Source: Nitrospinaceae bacterium (lineage in GTDB: Bacteria; Nitrospinota; Nitrospinia; Nitrospinales; Nitrospinaceae). Taken from it: a stretch of 64,000 nt of DNA. Made by a program: the position numbers and the translations under genes. The first letter of the stretch is position 1. Each line of letters begins with the position of its first letter. The notes below the pieces were generated by a model. It was not told the origin of the DNA, did not search any database, and worked only from the letters and a program-made list of their open reading frames with translations. Positions 39,471 to 49,327 of the stretch are shown here, piece after piece. The DNA is taken from assembly GCA_965223665.1 (NCBI GenBank), contig OZ245011.1:32001-96000 (forward strand), written 5' to 3'.

Positions 39471-40673
39471 ATGAGTGTTACTGAACAAGGTTTATTAGAA
39501 CGCGATAAAGATACGATGACCCTGAATATGGGTCCTCAACACCCTAGCACTCATGGTGTTTTCCGTGTGGTATTGGAAATGGACGGAGAATTAGTTCAGT
39601 CCACAGATCCAGATATAGGTTATTTGCATACCGGTATTGAAAAAACAGCAGAAGACAAGCGTTATATTCATTGTATACCAATGACCGATCGCCTCGATTA
39701 TTTAAGTCCTCCCCAAAACAATTTGGCATTCTGTCTAACTGTTGAAAAATTACTTCAAGTGAAAGAGTTGCCTTCAAGAGCTGATTACCTCCGGGTAATC
39801 ATGTGTGAATTAGGTCGTATTGGAAGCCATTTAGTTTGGTTAGGAACGCATGCTTTGGATATTGGTGCTATGACCGTTTTCCTTTATGCTTGGCGAGAAA
39901 GAGAAATGGTTTTAGATTTAAATGAAATGATTTCTGGTGTGCGGATGATGACGAGTTTCATTCGTGTTGGAGGCGTGGCAAAGGATGCAACTCCGGAATG
40001 GATTGATGGGGTTAAAAAGTTTGTGGATATTTTACCGTCTCGCATTGATGAATACGAAAGCCTTTTAACAAAAAATCCCATATGGATGGATCGCACACAA
40101 GGCGTTGGAGCCATGAGTCGAGAAGAAGTTATTAATTGGAGTATGAGCGGGCCTGTATTACGTGCTTCTGGTGTGGATTTTGATTGGAGAAAAAAGAGAC
40201 CTTACTCAAGATATGATGATTTCGATTTTAAGGTACCGGTGGGAGAAAATGGAGATATATATGATAGATATTTGGTCCGTGTTGAAGAAATGCGGCAGAG
40301 TCGCGAAATTCTGAAACAAGCTATTGAGAATTTACCAGCAGGGCCCTATAAAATTGAAGATAACAAAATTTCATTACCTCCAAGAGACACCTTGCACAAT
40401 AGCATGGAAGCTTTAATCCATCATTTTAAATTAGTATCGGACGGTGTGAAAGTTCCTCCCGGGGAAACTTATGTTCCTACCGAAGGGGCTCGAGGAGAAG
40501 TAGGTTTTTATATAGTTGCGGACGGATCCAATAAACCCTATCGAATGAAACTGCGCGCACCATCCTTTATGGCAATTCCCGGAATGTGCAAAATGATGGA
40601 GGATTCTTACATTGCCGATGTTGTGGGCATTATTGGAAGTATTGATATTGTTATGGGAGAAGTGGATCGCTAA
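39471..40673 (+). CDS. nuoD: NADH-quinone oxidoreductase subunit D
   Basis: NMGPQHPSTHGV, GYLHTGIEK, DRLDY and GEVDR motifs. Confidence 0.98.
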   Translation: MSVTEQGLLERDKDTMTLNMGPQHPSTHGVFRVVLEMDGELVQSTDPDIGYLHTGIEKTAEDKRYIHCIPMTDRLDYLSPPQNNLAFCLTVEKLLQVKELPSRADYLRVIMCELGRIGSHLVWLGTHALDIGAMTVFLYAWREREMVLDLNEMISGVRMMTSFIRVGGVAKDATPEWIDGVKKFVDILPSRIDEYESLLTKNPIWMDRTQGVGAMSREEVINWSMSGPVLRASGVDFDWRKKRPYSRYDDFDFKVPVGENGDIYDRYLVRVEEMRQSREILKQAIENLPAGPYKIEDNKISLPPRDTLHNSMEALIHHFKLVSDGVKVPPGETYVPTEGARGEVGFYIVADGSNKPYRMKLRAPSFMAIPGMCKMMEDSYIADVVGIIGSIDIVMGEVDR

Positions 40674-41143
40674 TGTTTGTGTTTAATCCTGATTCAGAAA
40701 AACGAATTGAAAAGATTTTGGCTAAGTATCCGGTCAAACAATCGGCCTTGCTCCCACTATTGACTTTAACGCAAGAGCAGGAAGGATACATTTCTCCCGA
40801 TGCGATGATTGAAATTGGCAGAAGATTAGATGTGTCGCCAGCTTATGTAGAATCGGTTTGTTCCTTTTATACGATGTACTTCACCAAGCCGGTAGGTAAA
40901 TATGTGATTAAATTTTGCATAAACATCAGCTGTCATTTGAATGGTTGTGACGACTTGTTGTCCTACACAGAAAAAAAATTAGGTATCAAAGCAGGGGAAA
41001 CCACTGATGACAAAAAGTTCACAATATTAAAGGAAGAATGTCTTGCAGCATGTTGTGAAGCTCCTGTAATGCAGGTAAATAATAAATATTTCGTAAATGT
41101 GAATCCTCAAAAGGTGGATGAGGTTTTAGCAAAATTAAAGTGA
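40673..41143 (+). CDS. nuoE: NADH-quinone oxidoreductase subunit E
   Basis: SFYTMY, CINISC and ECLAAC [2Fe-2S] ligands. Confidence 0.96.
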   Translation: MFVFNPDSEKRIEKILAKYPVKQSALLPLLTLTQEQEGYISPDAMIEIGRRLDVSPAYVESVCSFYTMYFTKPVGKYVIKFCINISCHLNGCDDLLSYTEKKLGIKAGETTDDKKFTILKEECLAACCEAPVMQVNNKYFVNVNPQKVDEVLAKLK

Positions 41144-41151
41144 ATTGACCT

Positions 41152-42420
41152 ATGACGGAAATCCTTTTTAAAAATATTGATATGGAAGGTCTCCATACAA
41201 TAGAAGTGTATGAGAAGCAGGGAGGCTACCAGTCTTTAAAAAAAGCCTTTGCAAAAGAGCCGGAAGAGGTTGTTGAAATTGTCAAAGCTTCTGGATTACG
41301 GGGCCGCGGGGGTGCTGGTTTTCCTACTGGACTGAAATGGAGCTTTCTTGCAAAGGATGTGTTTCCCCGTTATTTAGCTTGTAATGCCGACGAAAGTGAA
41401 CCGGGTACCTGCAAAGATAGAGATTTGATAATGAAGAATCCCCATTCTCTTATTGAAGGTATGATTCTTTGTTCCTATGCCTGTCGTATTGAAACCAGCT
41501 ATATCTACATGCGTGGAGAGTTTTATGAGTATAGTTTTATTATGGATCAGGCAATAGAAGAAGCTTATGCAAAAGGTTATTTGGGAAAAAATATTTTAGG
41601 TTCCGGTTTTAATTTAGAAATGTACACCCACTTGGGAGCTGGTGCATATATATGTGGTGAAGAATCTGCATTGCTTTCTTCATTAGAAGGATGTCGTGGA
41701 GAACCGCGATTAAAACCACCATTCCCAGCCGTAGAGGGTTTGTATAAAAAACCAACGATTGTAAATAATGTTGAAACTTTATGCGCTGTTCCATTTATTG
41801 TGAATGAAGGGCCTGAAGCTTATGCTGCTATAGGGACTGAGAAAAGTAAGGGAACGAAATTAGTTAGTGTTTCTGGGCATGTCAATAAGCCTGGTAATTA
41901 TGAGATTCCTTTGGGATTGCCAACTATTGACCTCATAGAAAAATATGCAGGTGGAATCCGAAATGGTAATAAATTGAAAGCATTTATTCCTGGTGGGTCT
42001 TCAGTTCCAATGCTTCCGGCGGATAAAGCGGACACTCCTTATGATTATGAATCGTTGCAAGCTGCTGGAACAATGCTCGGCTCTGGGGCCTTAATTGTAA
42101 TGGATGATACTACCAATGTGGTGGTTGAAGCCCTTCGGTTGGCGAGTTTTTATATGCACGAATCTTGTGGAAAGTGTACTCCCTGTAGGGAGGGGACCCG
42201 TTGGATGTACCAAATCCTATCGGATATTAATAATCGTCAAGGAAAACCAGAACAAGTAGATTTGTTAGTGGATATTTGTGACAACATGTCATTTAAATGT
42301 TTTTGTCCTTTAGGAGATGCAGCTGTTGCTCCAGTGATCAGCAGCATTGAGTATTTCCGAGAAGATTATGAAGAATTGATAGAAATGATGAAATCTGAAA
42401 CTCCGGTTTCAGTCAGTTAA
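41152..42420 (+). CDS. nuoF: NADH-quinone oxidoreductase subunit F
   Basis: GRGGAGFPTG, NADESEPG, GAYICGEE and ESCGKCTPCREG motifs. Confidence 0.98.
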   Translation: MTEILFKNIDMEGLHTIEVYEKQGGYQSLKKAFAKEPEEVVEIVKASGLRGRGGAGFPTGLKWSFLAKDVFPRYLACNADESEPGTCKDRDLIMKNPHSLIEGMILCSYACRIETSYIYMRGEFYEYSFIMDQAIEEAYAKGYLGKNILGSGFNLEMYTHLGAGAYICGEESALLSSLEGCRGEPRLKPPFPAVEGLYKKPTIVNNVETLCAVPFIVNEGPEAYAAIGTEKSKGTKLVSVSGHVNKPGNYEIPLGLPTIDLIEKYAGGIRNGNKLKAFIPGGSSVPMLPADKADTPYDYESLQAAGTMLGSGALIVMDDTTNVVVEALRLASFYMHESCGKCTPCREGTRWMYQILSDINNRQGKPEQVDLLVDICDNMSFKCFCPLGDAAVAPVISSIEYFREDYEELIEMMKSETPVSVS

Positions 42421-42427
42421 AAATATT

Positions 42428-44899
42428 ATGGAAACTACAACAGCTAAAGATACAGTAACGCTTACGATAGATGATAAAACAGTAACTGTTCCTAAAGGGA
42501 TAGTGGTAGTTGATGCTGCAAAAACAGTAGATATTGAAATTCCTGTTTTTTGTTATCACGAAAAATTGGGGCCGTTTGGGTGTTGCCGAATGTGTTTAGT
42601 GGAAGTTGAAAAAATGCCCAAACTCACCACTGCCTGTACCTTGCAAGTGAATGAAGGTATGGTGGTAAAAACCAATACCCCTAAAGTAGAAAAAGCTCAG
42701 AAGGGAGTTTTGGAATTTACTTTATTAAACCATCCTTTGGATTGTCCTGTTTGTGATAAAGGCGGAGAATGTCCTTTGCAGGACAATACTTTTAAGTTTG
42801 GCCCTGATACCACACGAATGGATTACAATCGGTTTAATCGCGACAAGGCGACCGACCTGAGCCCGGTCATTACCATTGACCGCGAACGGTGTATTGCTTG
42901 CCAACGTTGTACTCGATATAGTGAGATTATTGAAAAAGACCAGGCCTTGGTGATGAGACATCGTGGATTTAAAAACCGAGTTTCTACATTCAATGATGAA
43001 CCTTATGACACTCGATTTTCTGGAAATGTTATTGATATTTGTCCAGTGGGCGCACTGACTAATACGGAGTTTAGATTTTCTGCAAGATCTTGGGACTTAA
43101 ATAATTCCAGCACCCTCTGCGGTCACTGTGCTTGTAATTGCAATATGACGTTAGGATCTCGTCTTAATGAAATGAAGCGAATTACCACGCGGCCTAATGA
43201 TTATGTAGATGATGGTTGGATTTGTGACAAGGCGCGATGGGGATATAGCTTTACAAATAGTAAGAATAGAATTAAATCTGCTAGAGCGAACTCCGATCCA
43301 ATTTCAATTAAGGATGCCTGTACGCAAGTGGCTCAGAAATTAAAGGAGATTGTAGATAAACATGGTCCTGATAGTGTCGGATTCTTAGGATCTCCCTATG
43401 GATTAAATGAAGAATTATATTTGTATCAAAAACTTTTTAGAATGCAGTTAGGTACCAATAATATTGATCATAAATTTTATGCCGATACTCCGGGGTTACC
43501 GGTACCGCATTTAGACTTGACCCAAATTGAGCAATGCAACTTAATTATTTTAATTGCAAGTGACCCGACGGAAGAGTTGCCTATATTAGATCTGCGTTTG
43601 AAAAAAGCGGTGACCACTAAGGGGGTAAAATTAGTTGTTCTAAATGATCAATCGACTTTAATGGATAAGTATGCAAGTTTGTCATTGAAATATAATGTGG
43701 GATCAGGGTCCTTGGTTTATGAATCATTGGCGGAAGCTGTGGGTGGGAACTTTTCTTATCGAGATAGTTTGCTCAGTGAATCCGGAATTGAGCCCACCCA
43801 AATTGATGTGTTGACTGAAAAAATTAAGACAGCAGGAAAAGTGTGCTTCATTTATAACCCTGCGGCTCTTACCGGAAATTCTGATAAATCACTGAAGTTT
43901 ATGCTAAATACAATGAGCACTTTGCCCATTGAGGTGGGTGCAATTCCAGCAGCACCTGCTACTAATGCTTTGGGAGCTATGGATATGGGAGTTCTTCCGG
44001 ATTATTATCCTGGTGGAATTTCGGTCAAAGATTCTGATGCGATTCAAAAAATATGGGGAGAAAATGCTCCTTTGGAGCCTGGTTTAAGTGGTCCCAAGCT
44101 TTTTCAGAAAGCCGAGGATGGTCAATTAAAAGCATTAGTTATTTTTCGTTCGAATCCCATGATTGAATTTCCAGGAGGGTCTCGAATAAAAGATGCTCTT
44201 CAAAAATTAGAGTTTGTAGTGGTTCACGATATTATGGAAACGGAAACCAGTCAGTTAGCCCATATAGTCATTCCCTCTAATGGGCCGGGATATGATGAGG
44301 GCACCACTACTAATATTGGAGGCAGAGTGCAATTGAGAGATAAGAGTTTGAACTCAGATTTCCCTCCGGATTGGAAAATGATCTCTCAAATGTCTCAGGA
44401 ATTAGGTGGCGAAACGGTTTATAAGAATTCAGCCGCAATAACTAAAGAGATTTCTGAAAAAGTTCCAGGTTATGAGGAAATAGTAAAGTCAAATGTTAAA
44501 AATGTAGGAAAAACTCGAGATTCCATTAATTATACAAATGGGGATCGACCAGAAAGAGAAGATTTGCCCAAGCGACCGGCAAAAGATATGTTTCGACTTC
44601 GAGTGGCTAGTTATTTGTTTTGCCATGATAAGCTTTTAGATGCAGAAAGTTCATTAGCTCATAAATTTTTATCTTCTACAGTGTTTATTCACCCTGAGGA
44701 TGCTAAAAACTTAAGTTTGCAAGAAGGAGATTCGGTTTCATTGGTATCCGGTGTGCAGGAAGTTGGGGCACAAGTAGAGATATCTGATAGGTGTAATCCA
44801 GGTGCGCTAGTGTTGCCTAAAATTTCTGACGAACAAGGGGTGTTGTCCTTAGTAGATCCTGATAGGTCTATTCAATGGATAAGATTAAAGAAAGAATAA
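42428..44899 (+). CDS. nuoG: NADH-quinone oxidoreductase subunit G
   Basis: CRMC, HPLDCPVCDKGGEC, CIACQRC and the N7-type CGHCACNC motif; molybdopterin-oxidoreductase-like C-terminus. Confidence 0.96.
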   Translation: METTTAKDTVTLTIDDKTVTVPKGIVVVDAAKTVDIEIPVFCYHEKLGPFGCCRMCLVEVEKMPKLTTACTLQVNEGMVVKTNTPKVEKAQKGVLEFTLLNHPLDCPVCDKGGECPLQDNTFKFGPDTTRMDYNRFNRDKATDLSPVITIDRERCIACQRCTRYSEIIEKDQALVMRHRGFKNRVSTFNDEPYDTRFSGNVIDICPVGALTNTEFRFSARSWDLNNSSTLCGHCACNCNMTLGSRLNEMKRITTRPNDYVDDGWICDKARWGYSFTNSKNRIKSARANSDPISIKDACTQVAQKLKEIVDKHGPDSVGFLGSPYGLNEELYLYQKLFRMQLGTNNIDHKFYADTPGLPVPHLDLTQIEQCNLIILIASDPTEELPILDLRLKKAVTTKGVKLVVLNDQSTLMDKYASLSLKYNVGSGSLVYESLAEAVGGNFSYRDSLLSESGIEPTQIDVLTEKIKTAGKVCFIYNPAALTGNSDKSLKFMLNTMSTLPIEVGAIPAAPATNALGAMDMGVLPDYYPGGISVKDSDAIQKIWGENAPLEPGLSGPKLFQKAEDGQLKALVIFRSNPMIEFPGGSRIKDALQKLEFVVVHDIMETETSQLAHIVIPSNGPGYDEGTTTNIGGRVQLRDKSLNSDFPPDWKMISQMSQELGGETVYKNSAAITKEISEKVPGYEEIVKSNVKNVGKTRDSINYTNGDRPEREDLPKRPAKDMFRLRVASYLFCHDKLLDAESSLAHKFLSSTVFIHPEDAKNLSLQEGDSVSLVSGVQEVGAQVEISDRCNPGALVLPKISDEQGVLSLVDPDRSIQWIRLKKE

Positions 44900-44923
44900 T
44901 TTGTTACAGGTAGTGAGGCTTCT

Positions 44924-45949
44924 TTGATAGACGATATTTTAGATTTTTTAGCTCCTTATAATTATTTAATTATTGGAGTCATAAAAGCTGTGGTAATTGC
45001 AGTTGCCTTGATGACCTGCGTTCCTGGATTAGTTTGGCTGGAACGGCGCTTAATGGGGCGTTTTCAAGTTCGGTTAGGGCCTAATCGAGTAGGGCCATTG
45101 GGCTTGGGACAAGCTTTTGCAGATTCTATAAAGCTTTTATTTAAGGAATCTATAGTTCAAAAATCGGCGGATAAGTTTTTATTTTACTTGGCTCCGTCTA
45201 TTGTGGTTTTTACCGCCATTGTTACGTTCTCAGCAGTTCCCTTTGGCGATCCAATAGAAATTGGGGGTGAGTCCATTGGGCTTTGGGGAGCCAATTTAAA
45301 TATTGGTCTATTATTTATATTTGCTGTGAGTTCTATGGGAATTTACGGTATTGTGATTGCCGGGTTTTCCTCGAACAATAAATATTCGTTGATGGGTGGT
45401 TTGCGCTCATCCGCTCAAATGATCAGCTATGAATTGACCTTAGGGTTGTCTGCTTTGAGTGTGATAATAATGTCTGGCTCGTTAAATTTGGTTGATGTAG
45501 TTCATAAGCAAAATGATTATCCTTACATATTAATTATGCCAATTGCTTTTTTATTGTTTTTTATTTCCGGAGTGGCAGAAACTAATCGTGCCCCTTTTGA
45601 TTTGCCAGAAGCAGAGCAGGAGTTGGTGGCTGGTTTTTTCACGGAATACTCTGGAATGAAATTTGCCATGTTTTTTATGGGCGAATATATAAATATGATT
45701 ACCATGAGTGCTCTGATCACTATTTTATTTTTGGGTGGTTGGAATTCTTATATTCCTGGGTTTGACATCCCGATTTTGGTTTTTGCCGCGAAAGTTTTTA
45801 TGTTGGCATGTGTGTTTATTTGGTTGCGGTCAACTTTTCCTCGTATTCGTTATGATCGGTTAATGACGTTTGGCTGGAAAGTTTTATTGCCAATTTCAAT
45901 TGTTAATATGTTGGCGTATGGATTTGTCAAAGTGATTTTGGTTTCTTGA
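44924..45949 (+). CDS. nuoH: NADH-quinone oxidoreductase subunit H (TTG start)
   Basis: RLGPNRVGP, AQMISYE, ETNRAPFDLPEAE and PRIRYD motifs. Confidence 0.97.
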   Translation: MIDDILDFLAPYNYLIIGVIKAVVIAVALMTCVPGLVWLERRLMGRFQVRLGPNRVGPLGLGQAFADSIKLLFKESIVQKSADKFLFYLAPSIVVFTAIVTFSAVPFGDPIEIGGESIGLWGANLNIGLLFIFAVSSMGIYGIVIAGFSSNNKYSLMGGLRSSAQMISYELTLGLSALSVIIMSGSLNLVDVVHKQNDYPYILIMPIAFLLFFISGVAETNRAPFDLPEAEQELVAGFFTEYSGMKFAMFFMGEYINMITMSALITILFLGGWNSYIPGFDIPILVFAAKVFMLACVFIWLRSTFPRIRYDRLMTFGWKVLLPISIVNMLAYGFVKVILVS

Positions 45950-45959
45950 GGGATTAATT

Positions 45960-46457
45960 ATGATAGAAGCTGTTGTCAGTGGTGCCAAGAATTTGTTAAT
46001 CGGCTTAGGTGTTACTTTTAAAAATATGTTATCTAAGCCCACGACTGTTTGCTATCCCGAAGTAAAAAGGGAAATGCCTTCTCGTTATCGAGGACGACAT
46101 TTTTTGAATAGAGGTGAAGATGGTTTAGAGAACTGTGTGGGTTGTAGTTTGTGTTCCATTAATTGTCCAGTTGGATGTATCCATGTAGTCGCAGCTGAGA
46201 ATGATCCTGAAAATCCAGTTTCAAAAGGCGAACGCTATGCAGAAGTTTATGAGATAAATTTACTGCGATGTATTTATTGTGGATATTGTGAAGAAGCATG
46301 CCCTGTGGATGCGGTGGTTTTGCGAGAACATTATGAGTTGGCTGATTACGACAGGAAAAATTATATTGCCACAAAAGAAGATTTGTTGGTTTACCCTGAG
46401 CCCAATCAATTTCGCGTTAATTTCCTGGGTAATACTGAAGTGGTCAATAAGAAATAA
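45960..46457 (+). CDS. nuoI: NADH-quinone oxidoreductase subunit I
   Basis: Two CxxCxxCxxxCP motifs; RYRGRH. Confidence 0.97.
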   Translation: MIEAVVSGAKNLLIGLGVTFKNMLSKPTTVCYPEVKREMPSRYRGRHFLNRGEDGLENCVGCSLCSINCPVGCIHVVAAENDPENPVSKGERYAEVYEINLLRCIYCGYCEEACPVDAVVLREHYELADYDRKNYIATKEDLLVYPEPNQFRVNFLGNTEVVNKK

Positions 46458-46543
46458 CTGTTTTAATTTCGATGAATAAAGTAGAAAGATGGGGAGATTT
46501 TTTTGCTTTATTTTCTGCCTAATTTAGGAGGAGGAAATCTACG

Positions 46544-47131
46544 GTGTGGGAAACCTTAGAGCAGGCAATGAACTTTGCCCTGGAAAGAGACGTTGTTTTC
46601 GGTCTTTTTGAGCAGGGTTTTGTTTTTATTATTGGAATGACAGCGGTTCTAGCCAGTCTTGGAGTTGTGCTTTGCTCTTCTGCCATCTATAGCGCTTTAT
46701 TTCTTATTGGAAATATGATTTGTCTGGCGCTACTTTTCCTATTTTATAATGCAGAATTCTTAGCGGCTGTTCAGGTTGTTGTATATGCCGGAGCAGTTAT
46801 GATCTTATTTCTTTTCATTATTGCTTTACTGGGCGCAAAGAAAGAAGAAAAAGATTTTTCTTTTGAAAACTTGATGGGTCTAGGGTTTGTAGGATTGTTA
46901 TTTTGTGAATTATTGATGACTTTGGCGGTGGGGCCTACAAAGCAAGAGATTGGAAAAGCCACCCCTGAAGTGATCTCTCAAGTAGGTAGTGCAAAAGCTA
47001 TAGGAATTGAACTTTTTTCAAATTATTTAGTTCCTTTCGAATTGGCCTCGTTTTTATTAATGGTGGCCGCTGTGGGTATCATTTGTTTGGCGAAGTTTAA
47101 CTTTCGTCCATTGCGAAAACGTGTGAGGTAA
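46544..47131 (+). CDS. nuoJ: NADH-quinone oxidoreductase subunit J (GTG start)
   Basis: AEFLAAVQVVVYAGAVMILFLF and PFELAS motifs; AGGAGG RBS. Confidence 0.95.
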   Translation: MWETLEQAMNFALERDVVFGLFEQGFVFIIGMTAVLASLGVVLCSSAIYSALFLIGNMICLALLFLFYNAEFLAAVQVVVYAGAVMILFLFIIALLGAKKEEKDFSFENLMGLGFVGLLFCELLMTLAVGPTKQEIGKATPEVISQVGSAKAIGIELFSNYLVPFELASFLLMVAAVGIICLAKFNFRPLRKRVR

Positions 47132-47133
47132 TT

Positions 47134-47433
47134 ATGGGAGATACTTTTGTTTTATTTGTAAGTGCATCCATTTTTTCAATTGGTGCGGTTGGTTTTGTAA
47201 TTCGGAAGAATCCTTTAGTAATGTTCATGTCCATTGAGCTTATGCTTAATTCCGTGAATTTTTTGCTCATTGCCTATTCGAGTTTTCTTTCGGGTTTGGA
47301 CGGGCAGATTTTTGCATTAATGATAATGACAGTTGCCGCTGCGGAAGTTGTGGTTGGTTTGGCCATAATTCTTACGATTTTTCGAACTCGTCATGATCTA
47401 AATGTTGATCATATAAATGTATTGAAGGGATAA
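47134..47433 (+). CDS. nuoK: NADH-quinone oxidoreductase subunit K
   Basis: MSIELMLN and VAAAEVVVGLA motifs. Confidence 0.97.
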   Translation: MGDTFVLFVSASIFSIGAVGFVIRKNPLVMFMSIELMLNSVNFLLIAYSSFLSGLDGQIFALMIMTVAAAEVVVGLAIILTIFRTRHDLNVDHINVLKG

Positions 47434-47437
47434 AATT

Positions 47438-49309
47438 TTGTATCCACATGCTTGGTTAATATTAGCCCTCCCTATGATTGGGTTTATTGCTCTCAGTTGG
47501 TATGGGGAGAACTTTTCTAAAAAAACGATTGGAACTTTTGCTTCGGCAATGGTAGGCGGTGCTTTTTTAGTGACGCTAATTATTTTAGCAAGTATGGGTA
47601 ATCATGATTCAATGCAAAATGTTCACCATGTTGAGACCCTTTATCCCTGGGTGGTATCTGATGGATTTCAACTGAATGTTGCAATATTAGTTGATCCACT
47701 TTCCATATTTATGCTTTTGGTAGTCACTGGGGTGGGTTTTTTAATCCATGTGTATTCGATTGGGTATATGCAAGAAGATCCCGAATTCAGCCGCTTTTTT
47801 TCTTATATGAATTTGTTTATTTTTGCCATGTGTTTATTAGTATTGGCAGCAGATTTCTTTTTCCTAATTGTCGGTTGGGCTTTAGTAGGGTTAGCTTCCT
47901 ATTTATTAATAGGATTTTGGTCTGAGAAAAGAAGTGCAGTGTTGGCAGCGCGTAAGGCATTTGTAATGAATGTTATTGGCGATGTGGGAATGGTCATTGC
48001 GGCCTTTATTATATTCGAAAACTTTGGGACGTTAAATTATGTTGAAGTTTTCCAGGCGGCCCCCGGTAGTTTTCTTCCCAATGATGATGGCGCTCTTTTA
48101 ATTACCTTACTTTTACTGGTTGGCGCTTTTGCTAAATCTGCTCAGTTACCTTTGCATACTTGGCTCCCCGATGCTATGGAAGGTCCAACCCCTGTAAGTG
48201 CTCTTATTCATGCTGCAACCATGGTAACCGCTGGCGTCTATTTGGTGGCCCGATGTAATGTTCTATTTATGTTAGCTCCATATGTAATGTATTTTGTGGC
48301 CGGTGTAGGTGCCATCACAGCGCTCTTTGCGGGCTCAATGGCAATGGTTCAATATGATATCAAACGTGTAATTGCCTACTCGACGATGAGTCAAATTGGA
48401 TATATGTTTTTAGCAGTAGGAGTGGGAGTCTTTAGTGTTGGTATGTTCCATTTAATGACCCATGCATTTTTTAAAGCTTTGTTGTTTTTAGGAGCAGGTA
48501 GTGTGATTCATTCTCTTAATGACGAACAAGATATTCGAAAAATGGGTGGATTGGTTAAGGCCATGCCTATCACCTTTGCAACTTTTCTGATCGCTTCATT
48601 AGCGCTATCAGGTTTTCCTTTGACAGCCGGGTTTTTTAGTAAAGAAGCGATCATTATGAATTCCTATTATGCAGAATATGGAAATATCTTTTTCTGGATT
48701 ATTGCTATAGCGGGTGCGGGAATGACAGGGTTTTATACCTTTCGATTATTCTTTTATACGTTCCCAGGGCAAAATCGAATGCCGGGTTCTCACCCTCATG
48801 AATCTCCCTGGATAATGGCAGGCCCTTTGGTGATCCTTGCTGGATTGTCATTATTTGGAGGTGTTTTAGGCCATTGGGCTCATGAGTTTTTAGCCCCTGT
48901 GTTTGGTGGTACGGTGCCGGTGCATCATGAGGATGGATTATTAGAAACGGTTGCAGTAACGGTGGCTTTACTTGGTATTCTATCTGCCATTCCGTTGTAT
49001 ATGACAGGAAAAGATCAATTGGCCTTTGCTAAACAAATGTTTGCTCCGCTATATGATGTTCTTTTTAACAAATACTATATAGATGAAATTTATGATTTTT
49101 TCATCGTCAAGCCAGTTAAAGCGATTGGTGCCTTTTTTGAATCAGACGCTGAAAGAAAGGGAATTGATTTCACAGTTGATCAAGTCGGCGAACAAGTGCG
49201 TGAGGTAAGCAAAGGTATAAGTTTTTGGCAAACGGGAAAAGTTAGAACGTATGCCCTTAATATCGTTGCTGGAATGGTCACGGTATTGTTGTTTGTGATC
49301 TTTATTTAG
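47438..49309 (+). CDS. nuoL: NADH-quinone oxidoreductase subunit L (TTG start)
   Basis: KSAQLPLHTWLPDAMEGPTPVSALIHAATMV and THAFFKA motifs. Confidence 0.97.
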   Translation: MYPHAWLILALPMIGFIALSWYGENFSKKTIGTFASAMVGGAFLVTLIILASMGNHDSMQNVHHVETLYPWVVSDGFQLNVAILVDPLSIFMLLVVTGVGFLIHVYSIGYMQEDPEFSRFFSYMNLFIFAMCLLVLAADFFFLIVGWALVGLASYLLIGFWSEKRSAVLAARKAFVMNVIGDVGMVIAAFIIFENFGTLNYVEVFQAAPGSFLPNDDGALLITLLLLVGAFAKSAQLPLHTWLPDAMEGPTPVSALIHAATMVTAGVYLVARCNVLFMLAPYVMYFVAGVGAITALFAGSMAMVQYDIKRVIAYSTMSQIGYMFLAVGVGVFSVGMFHLMTHAFFKALLFLGAGSVIHSLNDEQDIRKMGGLVKAMPITFATFLIASLALSGFPLTAGFFSKEAIIMNSYYAEYGNIFFWIIAIAGAGMTGFYTFRLFFYTFPGQNRMPGSHPHESPWIMAGPLVILAGLSLFGGVLGHWAHEFLAPVFGGTVPVHHEDGLLETVAVTVALLGILSAIPLYMTGKDQLAFAKQMFAPLYDVLFNKYYIDEIYDFFIVKPVKAIGAFFESDAERKGIDFTVDQVGEQVREVSKGISFWQTGKVRTYALNIVAGMVTVLLFVIFI

Positions 49310-49327
49310 TTCATGGAAAGATAACTA

